A stretch of 48,449 bases of DNA, the filler included, from an uncultured virus (IMG/VR IMGVR_UViG_2049941000_000080) (Duplodnaviria > Heunggongvirae > Uroviricota > Caudoviricetes). It is 12 parts of one record of this genome, joined end to end, with 100 filler letters (N's around TTAATTAATTAA, not from the genome) between each part and the next. Parts side by side here need not be neighbours in the genome. Positions count along the whole stretch, not along the records: positions 29,175 to 43,685 come from IMGVR_UViG_2049941000_000080; 11 more parts are not named here. The stretch is one strand, 5' to 3'. Position 1 is the first letter of the stretch. Every line of letters starts with the position of its first letter. The notes under the pieces were generated by a model. It did not search any database. It worked only from the letters and a program-made list of their open reading frames with translations, and was not told where the DNA came from. Made by a program: the position numbers and the translations under genes. Positions 32,582 through 42,533 of this stretch are shown piece after piece.

Positions 32582-32992
32582 ATGGGTTGTTTTGCGATTT
32601 ATCCTCGTGAGGTTTACTTGATTTTCCCGTTTGATGAACAAGGAAAGATTGCAGGCGTTTATGTTGGTTCTTCGTGTTGTGTTTCAACACGAATCTACGG
32701 TCACTTAACTATCAAGGGTTACGACACCTGCGGAGAACAAAAAGAATTGCACGAACTTATGAGGAAAAACGGGTTTGCTTACGAGGTCGTTGACAAGATT
32801 GACAAGTGGCAAAACTCTTATATCGAATATGATTGGGTTGATTTTTTCTTGAACAATTACGAGATAAGAGTTTTTAACTCTCACAAAAAAGGTTGTGTGA
32901 TTCGTGATTGGAAACGATTGGAAAACCCAAAAGGTAGGATAAGCCATTACAGTTTGTGTAAACTAAAAGAAAAGCAAAAACACGATCAGTAA
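32582..32992 (+). CDS. GIY-YIG-like nuclease
   Basis: VYLI..VYVGSS..R..H..E..W..FN. Confidence 0.6.
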   Translation: MGCFAIYPREVYLIFPFDEQGKIAGVYVGSSCCVSTRIYGHLTIKGYDTCGEQKELHELMRKNGFAYEVVDKIDKWQNSYIEYDWVDFFLNNYEIRVFNSHKKGCVIRDWKRLENPKGRISHYSLCKLKEKQKHDQ

Positions 32993-33007
32993 AAAGGAGA
33001 ACAAATA

Positions 33008-33151
33008 ATGACTATCTACTACATTCTTTCGGCACTCGCTATGGTAATTTGCTTTTGCGTAGGCGTATTGCTCGAAAAGCACATCTGCGAAAAGGAAATC
33101 AGAATGTTAAGAACGAGAAAGATTCGCCCTGCGAAGAAGGAGAGATTATGA
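33008..33151 (+). CDS. Small membrane peptide (47 aa)
   Basis: RBS AGGAG; MTIYYILSALAMVICFCVGVLLEK..IRPAKKERL*; not in ORF track. Confidence 0.65.
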   Translation: MTIYYILSALAMVICFCVGVLLEKHICEKEIRMLRTRKIRPAKKERL

Positions 33152-33357
33152 ATTGGCTTGTTATCGTTTGCATTTACAGTTACACAATCGGCTTGTTGCT
33201 TTGCTTCTACGCAGGAATGAGAGTTGAGCGTGACACAAAGGAAGCGAAGATTTCAGCGAGAGTTATCCGTCCGGCAAACATCACAGTAGTTGAGAATTAC
33301 GAGATTAAGGAAACAAAGCCTTGCAGCCTCGATTTCCCAAACTCAAAGAAAGCGTGA
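33148..33357 (+). CDS. Small membrane protein, paralogous to 33008
   Basis: MNWLVIVC..LLCFYAGMRVER..IRPA; ATGA coupling. Confidence 0.65.
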   Translation: MNWLVIVCIYSYTIGLLLCFYAGMRVERDTKEAKISARVIRPANITVVENYEIKETKPCSLDFPNSKKA

Positions 33358-33559
33358 AGCCTATGAAAGACGCTTTAAGGCTTCAACAAGAAAAGTATTA
33401 CGGAAACCACAAGCAGTACAAGGTTTATCTATCCACCGAAGAGGACGCTGACGTTATAGCCGCATTGAATAAGTGCAAGAATAGATCACTTTGTATCAGA
33501 AACGCCTTGATCCTTTATTTCAAGCACAAAAAAGGCGGTGCAGTATGATNNNNNNNNNN

Positions 33560-34401
33560 GCCTTGTGTGCGAGAGATTACAAAGGAGTTGGAAATCAATA
33601 TGTCGCAGACGGAAAGTGCATTGTTGAGTTTCTTGGAGAGTAACGGGGGGGGTACGACGATAACAGGCGAAACAGTAACACCAACCCTCATAAGTGGTCA
33701 GTACAAAGGCATTGGCAACACCCAAGACAATATGACAGTTGTTTGCTTGGTAGAGGTAACAGATGAATGAAGTCTATGAAATCGGCAATGGTCAGACTTG
33801 CAATACAGATCTACACAAAGTTTGCGGTTCTCTGGATTGCATGCACGACCAAAAAGCAATTTTGATTGGGGGGGTAATGAACGACACGCAGATTATAGAG
33901 AATCACCCACAGGATTCGAGAGTGAAACTTACGGACACAGTTCAATCGCTCACGGGTCGAATGGGAACAGGGGGGGGTAACACGCCAATGGTAATGAAGA
34001 AAGCAGTCGTGAGGCGTTTAACTCCCAAGGAATGTGAACGCTTGCAGGGTTTTCCCGATGATTGGACGAACATCGGAGAATGGACGGACAGTAAGGGCAA
34101 AAAGCATAAGTGTTCAGACGCTAACCGATACAAAGCACTCGGAAACAGTATTGCGGTAGGTTACGCAAACAACAAACAAGGATTTTGGTGTTGGTTGGCA
34201 AAAAGAATCGTTGAGCAGCTCAAAGAAGACGGAACAGAAAACCCGACAATGGCGAGTTTGTTTGACGGAATCGGGGGATTCCCACTTGCTTTTCAAACAT
34301 ACGGGTGCGAACCGATATGGGCGAGCGAGATCGAGGAATTTCCGATAGCGGTAACTAAAAAACATTTCCCGGAAAGGGAAGAAAGGACGGAAACAGAATG
34401 A
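33560..34401 (+). CDS. C5 DNA methyltransferase, 3' portion split over several frames (TRD modules, motifs IX-X, then I-II)
   Basis: LCARDYKG, SLDCMHDQ, GRMGTGGGN, RRLTPKECERLQGFPD, YKALGNS, SLFDGIGG..WASEIE. Confidence 0.85.
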
Positions 34402-34973
34402 CAATCAGAGAGAAGTTAAAGGCAATTCAGACGGAACTCAAAGCACCGAAGAACCTTTACAACAAGTTTGGCAACTACTCATACAGAAACGCAGAGGGTA
34501 TCTGCGAGGCGGTCAAGCCTTTTCTTGAGAAGTACAATGTTGCTCTTGTTATCTGGGACGAGGTGATAGAGATTGGCGGTCGCATCTATGTCAAGGCTTA
34601 TGCAAGGATTATGGATTGTGAAAGTAGCAAAAACCCCACAGAGGCAACCGCCACAGAAGATTATATCACGGCTACGGCATACGCAAGAGAGTGCGAGACC
34701 AAAAAGGGAATGGACGATGCACAGATAACGGGTGCGACATCATCATACGCAAGGAAGTACGCTCTTAACGGCTTATTCCTGCTCGATGATACAAAGGACG
34801 TTGATACGGAAGAATATCAGGCACAGAGCAAATCCGGGAGCAAGTCTACACCCAAGTCTGAACCCAAGACGGGCGTATCAAGTCCCGTATATGACCGCCT
34901 TATGACGGGAGACCTTGCACCTGCACCCAAGACCACGCAGAGCAACCCTAATCAGTTGCCGTTTGAGATTTAA
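34398..34973 (+). CDS. ERF-family ssDNA annealing protein
   Basis: LKAPK..YNKFGNYSYR.AE.I..GATSSYARKYALNGLF..DD.KD.D. Confidence 0.92.
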   Translation: MTIREKLKAIQTELKAPKNLYNKFGNYSYRNAEGICEAVKPFLEKYNVALVIWDEVIEIGGRIYVKAYARIMDCESSKNPTEATATEDYITATAYARECETKKGMDDAQITGATSSYARKYALNGLFLLDDTKDVDTEEYQAQSKSGSKSTPKSEPKTGVSSPVYDRLMTGDLAPAPKTTQSNPNQLPFEI

Positions 34974-35147
34974 GGGGGTTAATATGTCTTACTTGAAAGA
35001 GATCCTTGAGGCTAAAGGCATCNNNNNNNNNNGCTTGTATGTCAGATTTAAGAATCAGAAGTTTCCGGCTCGTATTCAGATTTTCCGCACATCGGAAACT
35101 TTACCCGAAAACTATTTCATTAAGAACTCAATATTGGGGGTTGCAGT

Positions 35148-35393
35148 ATGAACAAAGTTACACAAGAGCAGAAGATTGATACTTTCTGTGAAAAGAACAT
35201 TTGGATAACGCAGAGGGACGCTTATTTTCTTGGTATCGCCCGATTAGCAAGCCGTGTATGGGATATGGAAGAAAAAGGCTATGTCTTTATCAGGGAGTAC
35301 ATCAAGGTCAAGAACGCCGACGGTACATCAAGCTATGTCAAGAGATATGCGATTGTAAAGCGTCCGAAGAAAGAGGTTTGTAATGTCGGTTGA
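35148..35393 (+). CDS. Winged HTH protein
   Basis: IT..DA..LGI.RLASRV.D....GY. Confidence 0.7.
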   Translation: MNKVTQEQKIDTFCEKNIWITQRDAYFLGIARLASRVWDMEEKGYVFIREYIKVKNADGTSSYVKRYAIVKRPKKEVCNVG

Positions 35394-35834
35394 AATGAAG
35401 AAGTGCAAGAACCGTGAATCTTGGCTGAAAAACAGAACAAAGTATTTGGGCGGTTCGGACGCAGCTTGTATTCTCGGACTAAACCCTTACAAGTCAAATC
35501 TCGACCTTTACAGAGAGAAGATAGGACTTGTAGCACCGCCCGACTTATCGGGCAACGAAGCGGTTGCTTACGGTACGAAAGCCGAAGAATACATCAGAGC
35601 CTTGTTTAGATTAGATCACCCCGAGTATAGCGTTGTGTATGTCGAAAACAACAGTTGGCATAACTCAAAATACCCGTTTGCGGCGGCTTCGTTAGACGGT
35701 TGGCTTGTCGAATACGGAAGTGAAAGAAAAGGCATTTGGGAGTGCAAGACGGCAATCATCAGTAATAAGGCTCACGCCGAGCTTTGGAATAATCGTATTC
35801 CTGATAACTATTATTGCCAATTACTTCACTATTT
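35383..35834 (+). CDS. YqaJ-like viral recombinase exonuclease (allele 37535-37749)
   Basis: W...R..YLGGSDAA.ILG.NPY, ASLDG, ECKT, IPD.Y..Q. Confidence 0.92.
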
Positions 35835-35846
35835 NNNNNNNNNNGC

Positions 35847-35992
35847 TGCCACGAGGGTGTTATAACAACGGCGGCGGCTGACGTGCCGAAATATCTCAAA
35901 TTCGGTGATGTAATCGAAGTTGACGGCAGATTGTATGTCGTAGAGGACACGGGACGGCTCATAAAGAGAAAGCACATCGACCTGTATTTTTC
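35847..35992 (+). CDS. 3D-domain protein fragment
   Basis: AAD..FG..I..G..Y.VEDTG..I..HIDLYF. Confidence 0.8.
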
Positions 35993-36104
35993 NNNNNNNN
36001 NNTCCCGAGTTGAGAGGTGAGGCATACGTCAAGCGTATCAACAAGCAGAAAGACTACATCGATAAGTTCGTTGTAGGCAAAGAAGATCCTGACAAGTGGG
36101 CAAT

Positions 36105-36458
36105 ATGAGACAGCTAACGATTTTCGATGTTATCGAACCCGAATGCCAGGATTGGCACGATATGAGCCTCAAAGAGATTGCATCTTATATCGGCAACAAG
36201 GCAGGGTTGAACTTCATACCTGATACGAGATACCACGGGGAGTTCAACGAGTATATAGCCTACTACACGAGCAAGGCGTTCTTCACTATCGGCATAAGCC
36301 ACTACACAACCCTTGATGACAGACACGGCAAGCCTTTTATATCGGTTGAATACGAGAACAGACACAACGGATTCACGGGAAGTGGGAGACCTTGCGACAC
36401 GTTAGACGAGGCTATCAACTATTTCAAATCAATCAAAGAAAGGACGGAAACAGAATGA
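36105..36458 (+). CDS. Hypothetical protein with N-terminal QLTIFD motif
   Basis: Complete ORF coupled to a second ERF start. Confidence 0.65.
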   Translation: MRQLTIFDVIEPECQDWHDMSLKEIASYIGNKAGLNFIPDTRYHGEFNEYIAYYTSKAFFTIGISHYTTLDDRHGKPFISVEYENRHNGFTGSGRPCDTLDEAINYFKSIKERTETE

Positions 36459-37058
36459 CAATCAGAGAGAAGTTAAAGGCAATTCNNNNNNNNNNTCGAA
36501 GTGGGAGAACAAAACCGCAACCGACAAGGCTATCGCAACGGAGATTACGGGACGCTTCGAGCAGGCTATCAAAGATTTGGAAGTAATCTCAAAAATGCCG
36601 AACTATTCATTTGAGGCGAAAGAGGCATACAAGCTCTCTCTCGATTTGAACAAGGCACTCGCCGAGGGTGAGAGAATGTCCGAGATTGCCGAAGCAAAGC
36701 GTCAGGACGCATTACGCAAGGCACAAGAAGAAATCGAAGCTCGCAAGCATATCGAAGAGTTGAACAATCTTCCGAAAGAAGAACCTGCACCCGAAGTTAC
36801 CGAACCCGAACCTGCACCCGTAGTTACGGAACAGGTTTACGACCTGACTTTCAAATGCAGCATTACCAAACCCCAGGCATTTGCCTTAAAGCAGTTTTGT
36901 GATGAAAACGGCATTAAGCTGATAAGAATATAAGGAGAAAAAGAAAATGGCAGTAAACAATTCATTAGCAAAGACTACCGCAGAACCCGAAATCAAGTAC
37001 GAAACGCCGAGTGGCGAAATGGTTANNNNNNNNNNACGTCCGAAGAAAGAGGTTTACA

Positions 37059-37538
37059 ATGTCGGTTGAATGGAGACCAATCGAGGGCTACGAAAACTAT
37101 TCTGTCTCAAACACAGGTTTAGTCAGGAACGAGAGCACAGGAAGGTATCTCGCTTTCAGCAAAGACAGATACGGGTATTTGCATACATCATTGTCTAAAA
37201 ACGGGATAGTCAAACAATTCGGAGTACACAGAGTAGTAGCAAAAACATTCATACCCAACCCTGATTGTTTGGCTACCGTTGACCACAAGAACGGGGACAA
37301 AGAAGATAACAATGTAAGCAATCTTCAGTGGTTGAGCTACGGAGACAACCTCGAAAAGTATTGGAAAAATCACAGAAAACCCGTTGTTTGCATTGAAAGT
37401 GGCGTTGTTTACCAATCTGCTTATCACGCTGCTACGGAACTTGGGTTAACGCAGTCGCATATTGCGGAAGTTTGCAACAAGAAACGCAAGCACGAAAAAC
37501 ACTTGCACTTTGAGTATTTACAGGAGCAAGCCGTATGA
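37059..37538 (+). mobile_element. NUMOD4-HNH homing endonuclease
   Basis: EWRPIEGYENYSVSN.G.VRN, VHRVVA..FIPNP..VDHKNG.K.DN.V.NL.W, NUMOD1-like tail. Confidence 0.9.
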
Positions 37539-37759
37539 TTGAAATGATTACTTACAAGAGCCGTGAAGAATGGTTGGAATCTCGCAAGCAATTCATAGGC
37601 GGAAGCGACGCAAGTTGCATATTGGGTTTAAATGCTTACAAGTCAAATCTCGACCTTTTCAGAGAAAAGACGGGCAAGCAAGAAGCACCTGATCTGTCCG
37701 GCAACGAAGCGGTTGCTTACGGTACGAAAGCCGAAGAATACATCAGAGCNNNNNNNNNN

Positions 37760-38303
37760 TATCCGTGAAATGTTTTCCGAGATTGCAAGCGAATATGATA
37801 GCCTCGACTTCATCGTTCTTGACAAGATTTACAACCCGAAGTGGGAGAACAAGACCACAACCGATAAGGCTATCGCAACAGAGATCACGGCGGTATTCGA
37901 CAAGGCGATAAATGACTTGGCTATCATCGGCAAGTTGCCGAGCTACGCTTTTGAGGCAACCGAGGTTTATAAGTCAACTCTCGACTTGAATAAGGCTATT
38001 GCCGAGGGTGAGAGAATGGCGAAGATCGCCGAGGCAAAGAAGCAGGCAGAGATCGAGGCACAGAAGAGAGCTGAGGAAGCAAGGTTGAGAGCCGAGGAAG
38101 AAGCATACCGTAAAGCTATGGAAGCCGAGGTTCTTATGGAAAAGGCAACGGAAGTTACGCCCGAAGTGGCAGAACCTACACCCGAACCCGCAACAGAGCC
38201 GACACAGGAGTTCGCTTTCAAGGTGAAGATAACGAGGTCACAGGCAATCGAGCTTAAAGACTTTTGTACCGCACACGGAATCGAATTACAGAGAATCTTA
38301 TAA
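37760..38303 (+). CDS. DUF1351-like protein C-terminus (allele 36496-36933; N-terminus 43342-43685)
   Basis: N.KWENKT..TLDLNKAI; between YqaJ and RecT; N-term FNYE.LK..AK.DKA.LN. Confidence 0.7.
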
Positions 38304-38321
38304 AAAAGGAGATACGACACA

Positions 38322-38822
38322 ATGGCATTAAACAATTCATTGGCAAAGGCAACACAGGCAGCAGAGATCAAAGTTAAGTATTCCACACCTAACGGTGACG
38401 AGGTTATCTTGAAGCCGTCAACCGTCAGGACTTATCTTACCAACGGCAACGGTGCGGTTACTGACGCAGAGGTAAATATGTTCTTATCTCTTTGCAAGTT
38501 CAACAAGCTCAACCCATTCTTGAAAGAGGTTTATCTGATTAAGTACGGCAGTTCTCCGGCAACAATGGTCGTAGGCAAGGACGTTCTCTTAAAGAGAGCT
38601 ATGAGAAACCCGAGATATGAGGGCACAAAAGCAGGTGTCATTACCGTAAATGCAAAGGGAGAACTCAAAGAGCGTGAGGGCACTTTCGTTCTCGACGGCG
38701 AAACTCTCGTAGGCGGTTGGGCGCAGGTTTTCGTAAAGGGTTACGCAACACCTATCTACGCTTCCGTTTCTGTCAAGGAATACTCGACAGGTCAGAGTAA
38801 TTGGAAGTCAAAGCCTGCAACG
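38322..38822 (+). CDS. bet: RecT/Bet recombinase (allele start 36947)
   Basis: VTD.EV.MF..LC...LNPFLKE.YLIKY, LVGGWA.V, W.SKPAT. Confidence 0.9.
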
Positions 38823-38914
38823 NNNNNNNNNNGGTCAGGGAAGCATTGAGGAAATCATGTTCGGAAATCAGGCAGCAGGCTTGGTTGGCGAACCGCCTTT
38901 TGAGGTAAATTGAT

Positions 38915-39202
38915 ATGAGACAGAGCTTCGATGTTGATATTGCCACCCGATATGGGATAAAAGAGGCTATCGTTTTCGAGATAATCAAGACGCATTACAT
39001 CAGGCACGGGAGAAAACCCGTGTGCGTACCGATGAACCTGATTCTCAAACACGCACCTTTTATTTCAAAAGGCACTTTGAAGAGAGTTATCGCAAACCTC
39101 GAAAACGCAGACCTGATAAACAAGCGTAAGGGTTATGACGATCTTATCGGACTTGGGAATGTCTACGAGCTTACCCAAAAAGGTTGGGAAACTCTCACTT
39201 GA
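38915..39202 (+). CDS. Short wHTH paralog of the replisome organizer N-terminus
   Basis: SFDVDIATRYGI..S..TLKR.I..L....LI versus SFDADIAAKYGI..TIKRAI..L...GLI. Confidence 0.7.
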   Translation: MRQSFDVDIATRYGIKEAIVFEIIKTHYIRHGRKPVCVPMNLILKHAPFISKGTLKRVIANLENADLINKRKGYDDLIGLGNVYELTQKGWETLT

Positions 39203-39346
39203 CATTCTAATCAGCGTCGGGTTATTATAATAACGGTTGTATCGGTGTAGCAGACGATACACCAGGTACAACCTTATATGGAAGATTACCCGATAAGTTC
39301 CTGCTACGACTTATCGGGTTTTTTCTTTAAGGAGTAGCGGAAGGAG
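39199..39346 (+). promoter_or_regulatory. Promoter plus structured leader/attenuator upstream of the initiator
   Basis: TTGACA-N18-TATTAT; hairpin TGTATCG/CGATACA; terminator ACCCGATAAGT/ACTTATCGGGT-TTTTT. Confidence 0.7.
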
Positions 39347-39352
39347 AAATTC

Positions 39353-39930
39353 ATGTATCATTCATTCGACGCTGACATAGCGGCAAAGTACGGTATAGTC
39401 GAATCTCTATTCTTGTGCAATATAGCTTTTTGGGTTAAGCAAAACACGCTGAATAAGCACAACTATTTTGAGGGAAGATATTGGACTTACAATTCGTTGT
39501 CTGCATACGCCGGATTGTTCTATTATGTGTCTGAATCGACAATCAAAAGAGCTATTAAGCACTTGAAGGACGAAGGATTGATTTATGCAGGAAATTTCAA
39601 CAACGACAGATTCAATCACACCAATTACTACACTTTGACAGACAAAGGATATGCACTTATTAAAAACCCGACCGACCGAACAGGTCAGAATGACCTTATC
39701 GAAACGACCTATTCGGACTTGCCTTTATTTAATAAGAATACTGATAGTGCAGATAATAAACATACAGTTGAAAACAAACATATATCTTGCGTGATTTCTC
39801 CTGATGTTGCGGAAAAAGAAGCTATGTTTGAAGAGTTTTGGAAAGCATATCCTCAATGCTTCCGAAAAGTAAATAAAAAAGGAAGCAAGGTTAAATTCTT
39901 AAACATCAAGAATCTAAAAGAGCTGTTCCC
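39353..39930 (+). CDS. Replisome organizer/replication initiator (C-terminal allele 41938-42181)
   Basis: HSFD..IA.KYG, GRYWTYNS, GNFN, FEEFWKAYP..K. Confidence 0.88.
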
Positions 39931-39941
39931 NNNNNNNNNNC

Positions 39942-40512
39942 GGAGATTCGGCAAACCTGACGGCACGGCAAGAAAAGAAAGCGGTCGATACCAAACCGCC
40001 GCACTTCGAGAAAATCTTACCCTTACCGACAGAGCAAGAAGAAACGATTGTTGAAGAAGAAAATCACGCAGAGCTTGAAGAATCGCCGACTGACATTTCC
40101 TTTTTGTTCTACGCAACACAACCGATAGGCAGGTACTACATTACCGCTTACAACCACAAGGAAACGGGAAGTAAGCAAACCGCAAGCGGTAAGACGGTAC
40201 ATCAAGGCACGATAACGAGTTGNNNNNNNNNNCTATAACCACAAGGAAACGGGCAGCAAGCAAACCGCAAGCGGTAAGACGGTACATCAAGGCACGATAA
40301 CGAGTTGTGCGGCTGATCCTAAATATCATCGTTTTGGCGAATATCTCGAAATAGACGGCAAACTGTATCGAGTTGAAGATACGGGACGGCTCGTTAAGAA
40401 AAAACACATCGACCTTTACTTTGCTTCATATCGGGATATGACAAGGTATGGTAGCAACTATCAGACGATTTACAGAGTGGAATTTCATTTTGGAGTTCCG
40501 AAAGACGATTAA
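39942..40512 (+). CDS. 3D-domain protein (two overlapping allele fragments)
   Basis: GRYYITAY..TASG..CAAD..FG..EDTG..HIDLYF; missed by ORF track. Confidence 0.82.
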
Positions 40513-40999
40513 GAGGTAAAAGAAAATGACAGACAACAACAGATACTATGTAATGCTCGTTCCGACAAGCAAGGCAAAAGACAAATTCCGTCCCTGCGTC
40601 CTGGGGCTTTCTATGNNNNNNNNNNNNNNNNNNNNNNNNNNNNNNNNNNNNNNNNNNNNNNNNNNNNNNNNNNNNNNNNNNNNNNNNNNNNNNNNNNNNN
40701 NNNNNNNNNNNNNNNNNNNNNNNNNNNNNNNNNNNNNNNNNNNNNNNNNNNNNNNNNNNNNNNNNNNNNNNNNNNNNNNNNNNNNNNNNNNNNNNNNNNN
40801 NNNNNNNNNNNNNNNNNNNNNNNNNNNNNNNNNNNNNNNNNNNNNNNNNNNNNNNNNNNNNNNNNNNNNNNNNNNNNNNNNNNNNNNNNNNNNNNNNNNN
40901 NNNNNNNNNNNNNNNNNNNNNNNNNNNNNNNNNNNNNNNNNNNNNNNNNNNNNNNNNNNNNNNNNNNNNNNNNNNNNNNNNNNNNNNNNNNNNNNNNNN

Positions 41000-41327
41000 G
41001 ACGGCAAAGATACCGCCCGAAAAAGGACTTGATACCGTTAGGGACATAATCAACAAAAACGGCGGTTGGGAGTACGGCAGAGCAGGGATATATAAGGACT
41101 TGGAAAATCAGCCGAAAGCTCTCACGGAAACGGTAAGAGAATTTGAGGGTACATTAAGTTCTATGCCTGCGAATGATCCTTTTATCGCAGAGCGTTTCAG
41201 AAAAGCGTATGCGGAAAGATTAAGGACAAGTGCGGTGCGAGAGGTTGATAAGCGGTTAGGAATTGCATTACCCGAACCCAAGCTGCCGTCACCGTTAGGC
41301 TCAACGGCATTACCATACGAGGTATAA
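41000..41327 (+). CDS. Helicase loader-like protein C-terminus
   Basis: Allelic to the 3' end of the 42192 gene (II.KNGGW.YGR.GIYKDLE). Confidence 0.6.
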
Positions 41328-41331
41328 AGAT

Positions 41332-41505
41332 ATGGAAAAATACATTTGTGATAAGTGCGGTAAGGAGTGTGGAGCATACGGCTATTACAGACCTTATTCG
41401 TTTTCAAAAGGTAGGCAAGTTGGTTTATGCCGTTCTTGCAACGACAAACGCGATAAAGCTATTAAAAAAGCTGACGCAGATTTTTTCAAAGGAAAAGGAG
41501 AATAA
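41332..41505 (+). CDS. Small Zn-finger protein
   Basis: YICDKCG..LCRSC. Confidence 0.6.
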   Translation: MEKYICDKCGKECGAYGYYRPYSFSKGRQVGLCRSCNDKRDKAIKKADADFFKGKGE

Positions 41506-41509
41506 CACT

Positions 41510-41927
41510 ATGAACAAATGGAACGGAATCGGCAGATTGACAAAAGAACCCGAATTGAAGCTGACACAGAATCAGACCGCATATTGCAACTTCACGCTTG
41601 CGGTAGATAGAAAGTTCAAGGACGCAAACGGTCAGCGTCAGACAGATTTTATCAACTGTATCGCCTGGAAACAGACGGCGACATTTATCTGTAAGTATTT
41701 CCACAAGGGCAACCGTATCGGCATTTCAGGCTCAATTCAGACAAGATCGTATGAGAAGGACGGCAATAAGACATTCATTACCGAAGTGCTCGCGGAAGAA
41801 GCCGAGTTTGTCGAGAATACCAACACCGCTACGGCGAGTGCTCCGGCAACGCAGAACGAACCCGCTGCACCCGTAGAGGTCGTACCGTTTAATGCAGAAG
41901 AATCTGGCGGCTTACCGTTTGAAACAT
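41510..41927 (+). CDS. ssb: Single-stranded DNA-binding protein (second type)
   Basis: MNK..GIGRLTKEPEL..FTLAVDR..TDFINC.AW..GSIQTR.Y..LPF. Confidence 0.92.
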
Positions 41928-42191
41928 NNNNNNNNNNAAAGGTTGATAAGCCAGGTTGCGAGATTGCTTTCTTGAAGATCAAAAACTTGGAACAGGTATT
42001 TCCTGATATTATGGCTTCTTTGGAGTTGTGGAAACGTGAGTGGAGCAAACAAAATTTTGAATATGTCCCTATGACAAAGAAGTGGATAAATCAAGAGTAT
42101 TGGCAGGTGCTTGATATGAGAAGCGAAAGGGAAGCGGCTGCGGATCAAATTCTTGCAAACAATATGCAAGATTATATGTGAGGTATTGGAT

Positions 42192-42533
42192 ATGTTGTCG
42201 AAAGAAAAGTTTATTGCCGGAATGACCGCTTTCAAAAAGTGCTTTGTCGGTTGGGAGTTTGACCTTAACGACGATATGCAAATCGGTATATGGTATTCAG
42301 CTTTGAAAAACCTTACTGATGAACAGTTTAATAAACTGATTAAGGAGTATTACTACCACAACAAGAAGCCGCCTATGAGCGTCAGGGACTTAACCGAGAT
42401 ACTTGTTGATAAGTTCTATGCAACGGCAAAGGTGAAACCCGAAGAAGCATTGGATATTGTCAGGGACATAATCAGTAAGAATGGCGGTTGGGACTACGGC
42501 AGAAGCGGAATATACAAGGACTTGGAGAAATAC
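42192..42533 (+). CDS. Helicase loader/inhibitor (SPP1 G39P-like)
   Basis: Follows the initiator; IWY..LK.L..PP.S..D. Confidence 0.55.

Noticed and set aside
33560..33770. Stop-codon reassignment explaining the MTase breaks
   Set aside because: The breaks are frame changes, and other genes end normally at TAA, TGA and TAG
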